From Fluctibacter corallii (GTDB lineage Bacteria; Pseudomonadota; Gammaproteobacteria; Enterobacterales; Alteromonadaceae): a stretch of 64,000 nucleotides of DNA. Made by a program: the position numbers and the translations under genes. Position 1 is the stretch's first letter. Every line of letters begins with the position of its first letter. The notes below the pieces were generated by a model. The model made no database searches. It was not told the DNA's origin and saw only the letters and a program-made list of their open reading frames with translations. The stretch is taken from positions 101,661 through 165,660 of the forward strand of contig NZ_JAOWKX010000009.1 in assembly GCF_025751585.1 (NCBI RefSeq), read 5' to 3'. Positions 30,091 through 37,480 of the stretch are shown one piece after another.

Positions 30091-31329
30091 CTATCCTTTC
30101 ACACAAACCACTTGCTTCAGCGTATACACAACTTCCACTAAGTCTTTTTGCGCATCCATTACTTTTTCAATATCTTTATAGGCATGTGGAATTTCATCTA
30201 TTACAGACTCATCCTTACGGCATTCCACTCCTTGCGTCGCTTCAATTTGATCTTTAACGCTAAATACTTTTTTGGCTTTAGTACGCGACATCACCCTACC
30301 TGCACCATGACTACAGCTGTTAAAGCTCTCTGGGTTCCCAAGGCCACGAACAATGAAAGAACGAGCTCCCATACTTCCAGGAATGATCCCCATTTCTCCC
30401 TTTTCAGCTCTCACCGCTCCTTTACGAGTAACAAAACAGTTTTTACCAAAATGCTTTTCACGTGAGATATAGTTGTGATGACAATTCACTGCCAACTCAG
30501 CTGTCGAGAATTCTACAGGGAGCGCTTTACGCAGCGCTGCAATTGCATTAAACATCATGATCTCTCGGTTTTTCTTGGCAAAATCTTGCGCCCACTCCAC
30601 AGCCTCAACATAGTCATCAAAGTAGTCACTTCCTTCAGACAAGTAAGACAAATCCATATCTGGGAGGTTAATTTGATGACGCTCCATTTCTTTTTTGGCC
30701 AGCTCAATAAAGTAAGTGCCAATTCGGTTACCGACACCACGGCTTCCTGAGTGCAACATAATCCAGACTGCGTCGTTTTCATCCAAACACAGTTCCAAGA
30801 AATGATTCCCTGTACCCATAGTTCCAAGGTGATTTACATGATTACTTTTTCGAATAGCTGGATGTTTCTGGCAGATTTTTTCAAATCTGGCTTCCAGTTT
30901 TTTCCACTCTCCTGCAACTACATCAGGGATGTTATGCCATGCTCCTCTATCTCTAGAGCTTCCTTTACGGCCTCGTCTTCCACTAGTTCTTCCATGAGGT
31001 ACAGCCGCCTCAAATGCATTTCTAATACCCAAAAGATTGTCAGGTAACTGGCTTGCAGTAAGCGTCGTTTTTGTAGCGACCATACCGCAGCCAATATCAA
31101 CTCCCACTGCAGCTGGGATCACAGCGTCAATAGAAGGAATAACGCTTCCAATTGTCGCTCCTTTCCCCATATGTACATCTGGCATCACAGCAATATGTGA
31201 ATGAATCAATGGCATACCCGCAATGTTTCTCAATTGCTGCTGAGCTTGCTCTTCAAACGGCACACCTTTGGTCCACGCCTTAATTGTTGCCATTCCTTCG
31301 CTTTCAATTACGTTGTAATTCTTACACAT
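30091..31329 (-). CDS. rtcB: RNA-splicing ligase RtcB
   Basis: WTKGVP..IAVMPDVHMGKGATIGSVIP and the C-terminal HGAGR motif. Confidence 0.9.
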   Translation of the reverse strand: MCKNYNVIESEGMATIKAWTKGVPFEEQAQQQLRNIAGMPLIHSHIAVMPDVHMGKGATIGSVIPSIDAVIPAAVGVDIGCGMVATKTTLTASQLPDNLLGIRNAFEAAVPHGRTSGRRGRKGSSRDRGAWHNIPDVVAGEWKKLEARFEKICQKHPAIRKSNHVNHLGTMGTGNHFLELCLDENDAVWIMLHSGSRGVGNRIGTYFIELAKKEMERHQINLPDMDLSYLSEGSDYFDDYVEAVEWAQDFAKKNREIMMFNAIAALRKALPVEFSTAELAVNCHHNYISREKHFGKNCFVTRKGAVRAEKGEMGIIPGSMGARSFIVRGLGNPESFNSCSHGAGRVMSRTKAKKVFSVKDQIEATQGVECRKDESVIDEIPHAYKDIEKVMDAQKDLVEVVYTLKQVVCVKG

Positions 31330-31423
31330 AACGATTTCCTAAATTCTTTACTTTCCCTTCAGCGGAGCTACCAATCAACAACGTGGCAGCTTCGCGATGA
31401 CTCTTTAATTTGTGTGATAGACA

Positions 31424-32578
31424 CTAGGCTATTTTGATTAAGCCATTGGTTAAGCCTTCCAGACCACCATATACCGTTAGGCTATCAATGCGGTCAGCTA
31501 CTTTCTCAAGCGCTTCTAGCTCTTTAAGACGCATTAATGTAGGGTTGTTTTCAATAACCTTGGCAGTGTTGTGTAAGCTTCTCGTAGCTGAGGTTTCTTC
31601 TCTACGCTTTATCACGTTAGCTTCTGCGGCTTTTTGCGCTTCAACTACCTGATTCAATATGGCTTTCATTTCACCTGGCAAGATGATGTCTTTTACGCCA
31701 ACGTTAATTAGCGTCACACCAATAGCGTCTAACTGTTGAACCACCAACTCTTTAACCGTTTCATTGACGTATAATTTATCCAAAAGGATATCGTCTAATG
31801 ACTTAGTACCTACAGCTTCTCTTAATGCCAGTTGCAGTGTCTTGTAAACATAGTCATCGACCTTATCGACACTTTGAGCAACTAATTCTGTGTCTTTAAT
31901 TTTGATGCTTGCACTTAAGTTAATTCTTAAACTAACTCGATCCTTACTTAAAATCTCTTGTCCCGAGATCTCGAGCATTTGTGTTCTGCGATCAAACGTC
32001 TTCAATTCCACATCGTGATTAAACTGCCAGTAGGCATGTTTACCTGGTGAAAGACGTTTAATTAACTTACCATCCACATACAATAAACCCTCTTGATCTT
32101 TAGTTACCGTTAGATCTGCTATTGGCTTTGTAGCTATTGTTCGCTCACTTCTAATCAACCTAGAAGATGTATTTGCTCCCGCTCGGTTGATTAAAAACAT
32201 TAATTTGTCATCAACCTCTATGTCTTCGTCAATTACTAAAGTATCCAATCGGATATCACCAGCGTCTTTCCACAGATATAAATGTTCGCTTGGAGCCACT
32301 ATGCCCCTTAATAAATCATTAATATAAAGCAACCCGACCTGATTACTTTCTAGCTTCCAGTGTGAAATATGTTCTTTGAGCACTTCACCATTTTGGTATA
32401 AACGCTCGGCATTTCGCTCACTAAAATAGAGCTCATTAATATCAAACGTTACAAAATCATATTCTTTTTTAATATCCCAAATTTTATGCTTTCCTGGCAT
32501 AAGAACATCAGTCAGCACCTGGTTTTTGAACACTAAAACTCTCTGATTTTCAGTTACTAATTTGGTTGTTCTAAACAT
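31424..32578 (-). CDS. SPFH/band-7 (slipin-like) protein with duplicated N-terminal module
   Basis: The C-terminus is a typical SPFH domain (DIILPGEMKAILNQVVEAQKAAEANVI...). The start is taken at the ATG with the best RBS; the ORF track starts at TTG 32641. Confidence 0.7.
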   Translation of the reverse strand: MFRTTKLVTENQRVLVFKNQVLTDVLMPGKHKIWDIKKEYDFVTFDINELYFSERNAERLYQNGEVLKEHISHWKLESNQVGLLYINDLLRGIVAPSEHLYLWKDAGDIRLDTLVIDEDIEVDDKLMFLINRAGANTSSRLIRSERTIATKPIADLTVTKDQEGLLYVDGKLIKRLSPGKHAYWQFNHDVELKTFDRRTQMLEISGQEILSKDRVSLRINLSASIKIKDTELVAQSVDKVDDYVYKTLQLALREAVGTKSLDDILLDKLYVNETVKELVVQQLDAIGVTLINVGVKDIILPGEMKAILNQVVEAQKAAEANVIKRREETSATRSLHNTAKVIENNPTLMRLKELEALEKVADRIDSLTVYGGLEGLTNGLIKIA

Positions 32579-32754
32579 TTTCATTTCCTTTTTTATTCCG
32601 TTTAAAACGGTGTTAGTAAGGGGTGACTGCTTAACAAACAAAGGTTTAAAGCTTTGTATTATCAGGGAGCATCCTGCTTGCTGTTAATCGTCTGCCTTTT
32701 GCGTCTGTCAGTCATTGGCAACAACAACTTACTAACTATGTATTTTACAATTTG

Positions 32755-32828
32755 TATTTAGGGTGGGATTTGAACCCACAACAAACGACGTTAAAGGTCG
32801 TTGCTCTACCTGATTGAGCTACCTGTAT
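32755..32828 (-). ncRNA. tRNA-like element A (Y-RNA/tRNA-mimic-like) in the rtc leader
   Basis: The minus-strand sequence folds as a cloverleaf with a perfect D-arm (GCUC/GAGC), a perfect anticodon stem with U33 and UUA at positions 34-36, and a perfect T-arm (GUGGG-UUCAAAU-CCCAC). The acceptor stem has 2 mismatches and there is no 3' CCA. Confidence 0.55.
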
Positions 32829-32895
32829 TTAAGGAAGGATTCGAACCTTCGCCAACGGTTTGATGCCGTTGTTCTATCCTCTGAGCTACTTAAAT
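32827..32895 (-). ncRNA. tRNA-like element B (Y-RNA/tRNA-mimic-like) in the rtc leader
   Basis: Perfect 7-bp acceptor stem (AUUUAAG/CUUAAAU), T-arm GAAGG-UUCGAAU-CCUUC, and a 5-bp anticodon stem with loop CAUCAAA (UCA at 34-36, no U33). The D-arm is imperfect and there is no CCA. It directly abuts element A. Confidence 0.5.
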
Positions 32896-32998
32896 AGTTG
32901 TTTGACTAGGTATACGCAGTCACAACTTACATGAGTAAGGTCAAAGCGCACCGGAGTGATATTTGAATCACAACCTCATAATCAGACAACTTATACAT

Positions 32999-33015
32999 AT
33001 CAAGTTGTGTACCAG
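32999..33015 (-). promoter_or_regulatory. Weak candidate sigma-54 promoter for the rtc operon
   Basis: The minus strand reads CTGGTAC-ACAAC-TTGAT against the consensus TGGCAC-N5-TTGCW. It lies about 100 nt upstream of the tRNA-like elements. The -12 GC is not conserved, so this is speculative. Confidence 0.2.
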
Positions 33016-33164
33016 ACAATGATAAAAAGAGAAATAAAATCATAACTAATTGTTATTTAACGATTAAATAGAAATGCAACTAATGCATTGATGTTTATCA
33101 TGGAAATAAAAAATCAATATGAGTAATCTTATGGATATTTAATATATCTAGATGGATATGACGA

Positions 33165-34760
33165 ATGGGTGGAAAGACAATAGCTGTTAGTTTAATCGGT
33201 TCACAATTAGATTTTGTTGGAAAGCGCGTTGATCGATGGGCAAGGTGGCGACCTAATATTAGTCTTTGTAGCCAAGAGGATTTAATAATCGACGAGCTTC
33301 ATATGTTGCACGACAATCACTCGGAACGTTTAGCAAACAATGTTGCCGTTGATATAGAAAGTGTTTCTCCAGAAACGAAAGTCAGCTTGTATAACGTCAA
33401 TTTTCAAGACCCTTGGGACTTTGAGGAGGTATATTCGAAGCTCTATGATTGGTGCCAACAACAGTCTTTCGATACTGACCAGAATGACTACCTATTCCAC
33501 ATAACAACGGGCACTCACGTTGTCCAAATATGTAGCTTTCTACTGACTGAAAGCCGCCATTTCCCGGGCCGTCTCATTCAAACTTCTCCAGATAAATACA
33601 ATAAGAATAAATCGGTAGGGCGAGTACAGATTATCGATTTAGATTTATCTAAATATGATCAGCTAGCGACACGATTTGACGGTGAACATTTAGAAGGAAA
33701 GGAGTTTCTTAAGGGAGGGATTCAGACCAAAAATGTAAATTTTAATCAACTCATATCACAGATAGAAAAAGTCGCGATACGTTCAAGTGATCCCATGTTG
33801 CTCACTGGCCCTACAGGCGCAGGTAAAAGCCAATTGGCTACCCGTATCTTTCAACTGAAGAAGCGTCGCTCCATGTTAAAGGGTGACTTAGTATCAGTGA
33901 ACTGTGCAACCCTAAAGGGAGAAAATGCGATGGCTGCATTGTTCGGTCATACACGGGGTGCATTCACAGGAGCACAGAAAGAAAGAAGTGGCTACCTGTT
34001 AACGGCCAATAAAGGTGTATTGTTCCTTGATGAAATAGGTGAACTAGGCATAGAAGAGCAGGCTATGCTCTTACATGCGATAGAGAACAAATCGTTTCAC
34101 CCCGTAGGCAGCGACAAGGCTGTTGAAAGTGACTTCCAGCTTATCGCAGGAACAAATAAAGACCTCAAATCCGAAGTAGCTAAAGGTCAATTTAGAGAAG
34201 ATTTATTAGCTCGTATTAATCTGTGGACGTATAAACTGCCTGCACTCAAAGAGCGCAAAGAAGATATTCCCGCAAACATAGATTATGAAATTGAAGTCTA
34301 CACGCAGAAAAATAGTCAACGTGTTCAGTTTAATAAAGAGGCAAAAGAGGCATTTGAAAAGTTCGCGGTATCAGCCGAGGCTATTTGGTCAGGTAACTTT
34401 AGAGATCTGAGCTCCGCGATTACTAGACTTTGCACGTTAGCTGATTCCTCCCGCATTTCAATTGATGACGTGCAAGAGGAAATCGAACGGTTAAAAAGTG
34501 CTTGGGAAAACCCTGCCGGAAGAAGTTCTGATAATTTGATAGCTAAGTACTTACCTGCCCATAAAATATCAGAGATGGATCAATTCGATATTCAACAACT
34601 TAACTATGTTCTCTCGGTTTGTCTGCGACACAGTAGTATGGCTTCAGCTGGGCGCGAGCTATTTAACGTTAGTAGAACAAAGAAGGCGCAAGTTAATGAC
34701 TCTACCAGACTTCAAAAGTACTTGAATAAGTTTGGTTTAAGATGGTCACTGATACATTAA
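33165..34760 (+). CDS. rtcR: Sigma-54-dependent transcriptional regulator RtcR (CARF-AAA+-HTH)
   Basis: 531 aa, collinear with E. coli RtcR (GPTGAGKS Walker A, GAFTGA sigma-54 contact motif, C-terminal HTH). Divergent from the rtc operon. Confidence 0.9.
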   Translation: MGGKTIAVSLIGSQLDFVGKRVDRWARWRPNISLCSQEDLIIDELHMLHDNHSERLANNVAVDIESVSPETKVSLYNVNFQDPWDFEEVYSKLYDWCQQQSFDTDQNDYLFHITTGTHVVQICSFLLTESRHFPGRLIQTSPDKYNKNKSVGRVQIIDLDLSKYDQLATRFDGEHLEGKEFLKGGIQTKNVNFNQLISQIEKVAIRSSDPMLLTGPTGAGKSQLATRIFQLKKRRSMLKGDLVSVNCATLKGENAMAALFGHTRGAFTGAQKERSGYLLTANKGVLFLDEIGELGIEEQAMLLHAIENKSFHPVGSDKAVESDFQLIAGTNKDLKSEVAKGQFREDLLARINLWTYKLPALKERKEDIPANIDYEIEVYTQKNSQRVQFNKEAKEAFEKFAVSAEAIWSGNFRDLSSAITRLCTLADSSRISIDDVQEEIERLKSAWENPAGRSSDNLIAKYLPAHKISEMDQFDIQQLNYVLSVCLRHSSMASAGRELFNVSRTKKAQVNDSTRLQKYLNKFGLRWSLIH

Positions 34761-34897
34761 CGAGCAGGTGTTTCTAAAGATAAGTTTCGTCAAAAATCTT
34801 AGCTTGCAGCGTGAAACAAGCAGACGCGTTATTAAATGCTGTGATTAAGAAGAGTTTTTCTCTCACTATTACTCAAAACTGAGCATTCGCGACAACA

Positions 34898-34921
34898 AGA
34901 AAGCCGCTTAATAGCGGCTCT
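34898..34921 (-). terminator. Putative terminator downstream of ssb
   Basis: AGCCGC-TTAATA-GCGGCT hairpin followed on the minus strand by a T-rich tract. Confidence 0.4.
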
Positions 34922-34957
34922 CTTAGAAATTTATCAGCATTTAGTGTCTTACAACTT

Positions 34958-35548
34958 TTAGAACGGGATATCGTCGTCGAAGCTGATATCTGGTTCAGAC
35001 ATTGGCTGTTGCGGGCGGTTCTGGCTGCCACCTGATGCAGGTTGCTGGTTAAATCCACCTTGTTGCTGCTGGCCGCCGCTAAACTGGTTATTTGACTGCT
35101 GAGGCGCGCTTTGCTGAGGGGCCTGATTGTAACCCTGATTTTGTGGTGCCGCCGCTTGCTGATAGCCTTGCTGTGACTGTTGCTGGAAGCCACCGCTACT
35201 TTGCTCATTGCCACGGCCACCCAACATTTGCATTTGGTCTACGATGATTTCAGTCGTATAGCGATCTTGGCCTTGTTGGTCTTGCCACTTACGTGTTTGC
35301 AATTTGCCTTCTACGTAAATTTGAGAGCCTTTACGCAAATATTCGCCCGCGACTTCTGCCAAACGGCGATACATGGTTAGACGGTGCCATTCGGTACGCT
35401 CTTGAAGCTGACCTTGTTGATCTTTCCAGCTTTCGCTGGTTGCGAGGGTTAGATTTGCAACAGCATTGCCATTAGGCATATATCTCACTTCTGGATCTTG
35501 CCCCAGATTACCCACCAAAATTACTTTGTTTACGCCTCTGCTTGCCAT
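34958..35548 (-). CDS. ssb: Single-stranded DNA-binding protein
   Basis: [27 protein letters not shown].., a Gln/Gly-rich linker and a C-terminal DDDIPF tail. Start at the internal Met matching Ssb. Confidence 0.9.
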   Translation of the reverse strand: MASRGVNKVILVGNLGQDPEVRYMPNGNAVANLTLATSESWKDQQGQLQERTEWHRLTMYRRLAEVAGEYLRKGSQIYVEGKLQTRKWQDQQGQDRYTTEIIVDQMQMLGGRGNEQSSGGFQQQSQQGYQQAAAPQNQGYNQAPQQSAPQQSNNQFSGGQQQQGGFNQQPASGGSQNRPQQPMSEPDISFDDDIPF

Positions 35549-35595
35549 GTTTACTCCTAACTCGTTCTCGCGATTCCGGTGCCGTAGAGGATCAG

Positions 35596-35613
35596 ACTGT
35601 ACCATATAACACT
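35596..35613. promoter_or_regulatory. Putative LexA box upstream of ssb
   Basis: ACTGTACCATATAACACT reads as CTGT-N8-ACAC, one mismatch from CTGT-N8-ACAG, about 50 bp upstream of the ssb start. Confidence 0.3.
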
Positions 35614-35877
35614 GCGCCACTTACGCGACCTTTGCATAAAGCGACAAAGGCGTTGCGCGTATTTAATACTACAACCAAAAGCCCGGAAGATATCCGTGTA
35701 GTGTAACCTGAAAATCTTAGGTTGTCCTACTGAATGATGGTTAGATTGAGACAAATCGCCTCAACCTCTTGATGACTCAAGCAAAACCATTCTGCCACAG
35801 TTTGCTGTGGCTAAACGTACGGTTTTGTCTGTTTTAAGTATGGGCAACAGGTATCTTACATGTGCCCACAAGTGTGC

Positions 35878-37224
35878 TTAGTTGGTGCTCACAATTTGTT
35901 GCGCTTTACCCATGTCGAACTCATTGCCATTCACTTTCAAATAGGCGACACGCTCTTCTGAAATAACGGTGATATCTTGCACGCCTTTGAGGGCGCCAAG
36001 TTGTTCACTGAGTACATTTGCGTCGAACGATGCCAGTTCAATAGGCAGTGAAAAGCGCTTAGCGGCACTGTGAGTTTGTAAGCCTTTTAGCCACAATGCC
36101 CAAAGCAGGCAAATGAATGCTGTTGCCACAAAGAGCACCTCTACGGAGGCATATTGTGTGACGACGCCTGCCATCGCTCCACCTATAAACGCACCCAAAA
36201 ACTGGAAGCTTGCATACACGCCCATGGCCGAGCCTTTTTTGCCAGCTGGCGCAATGCCTGACACCATGGCTGGGAAGTTGGCTTCTAAATAGTTAAATCC
36301 AGTGAAGAACACAATACTAAAGAGCATGACCAGCAAGAATTGTTGCGAAAGTATTCCCAAACCTAGAAAGGCAATACTGAGCAATAATACTGCGCTAAGC
36401 AGTACACCTTTTTCCTTGCCTCGACGCGCCATCGACATCAGGCCTGCCATCGTTACGATCGAAAGTAACAAAACAGGCAAGTACACTTGCCATTGCGACG
36501 CCATCGTATAGTCATGAGCAGACAGCAGTGCGGGAAGTTGCATGAAGAGAATCGTAATCAACATATGCAATACGCACACGCTCATGTTCAAACGCATCAA
36601 GTTTTGGTCAAAGAACAAGCGTTTGATGTCCTCTAAAACAGGCAGCGTGTCTCCGCTTGGGGCTTTATTGGTGGCATTTGGCACAACCCACCAAATCAAT
36701 GGCATGGCAGCCATTGCTAAAAATGCGGTTACCGTGAATATGCCTTCAAGGCCATACGAGTTGGCTAGGGGCGGGCCAATTAGCAGGGAAACATAAAATG
36801 AAAATCCAATAGCGATACCGATAATCGCCATGACTTTGCTGCGTTCGCTGTCTCGGCTTACGTCGCCCGCAAGTGCCATGACCGCGCCCGCGATTGCACC
36901 AGTACCTTGTAACATACGGCCAATTACAACCCAAAGAAGGGAATCTGCGCTTGCTGCAATGCCGCTGCCAATGGCGAAAAAGGCCAGGCCCAGAAGAATC
37001 ACAGGTTTGCGACCAATGCGGTCAGACAACATACCCATGGGAATTTGCAATAGAGCTTGAGTCAGGCCATAGCCACCAATGGCTAAACCGACCAACAAGG
37101 GAGAATAATCTTTAAAATCCTGCGCAAGCAATGCCATCACCGGCATAACCATAAACAAGCCAAGCATGCGCAATACATAAACACTAGCGAGAGAAATCGC
37201 TGCGCGAATTTCTGTACGATTCAA
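35878..37224 (-). CDS. MFS transporter with roughly 70-aa C-terminal soluble extension
   Basis: 12-transmembrane MFS signature (GMLSDRIGRKP). Inserted between ssb and uvrA. Confidence 0.8.
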   Translation of the reverse strand: MNRTEIRAAISLASVYVLRMLGLFMVMPVMALLAQDFKDYSPLLVGLAIGGYGLTQALLQIPMGMLSDRIGRKPVILLGLAFFAIGSGIAASADSLLWVVIGRMLQGTGAIAGAVMALAGDVSRDSERSKVMAIIGIAIGFSFYVSLLIGPPLANSYGLEGIFTVTAFLAMAAMPLIWWVVPNATNKAPSGDTLPVLEDIKRLFFDQNLMRLNMSVCVLHMLITILFMQLPALLSAHDYTMASQWQVYLPVLLLSIVTMAGLMSMARRGKEKGVLLSAVLLLSIAFLGLGILSQQFLLVMLFSIVFFTGFNYLEANFPAMVSGIAPAGKKGSAMGVYASFQFLGAFIGGAMAGVVTQYASVEVLFVATAFICLLWALWLKGLQTHSAAKRFSLPIELASFDANVLSEQLGALKGVQDITVISEERVAYLKVNGNEFDMGKAQQIVSTN

Positions 37225-37480
37225 ACGAATATCCTGTCTGACAAAAAATAACCACTAAAACGGGCGCGAAGCTTACCATAATTTTGCGTTTTTCGCAGCG
37301 CTACAAACGATGAGCCTCTTGTTTACGTGTCAGTTGCCGATTTGGTTTCTCAGATGTACGCACTTTGGAATCTAAACCTGTGTAATGTCAGCCAGTATAG
37401 GTAATGCAACAATCGTCATAGAGCTATAGGACAGAGTGTGTAATACTTATTCCTTTTCACTGCGCAAAGAAAACTCGAGC

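Noticed and set aside
32755-32895. Possibility that the two tRNA-like sequences are functional ochre/opal suppressor tRNAs or tRNA-Sec
   Set aside because: Neither encodes a 3' CCA. One has two acceptor-stem mismatches, and the other lacks U33 and has a degenerate D arm. Element B is about 70 nt, with no long variable arm or 8-bp acceptor as tRNA-Sec requires. Their placement in the rtc leader fits tRNA mimics better.
34873-35220. 115-aa minus-strand ORF overlapping the 3' half of ssb
   Set aside because: It is an out-of-frame overlap with the conserved ssb gene, whose Gln/Gly-rich repeat DNA generates a spurious open frame.
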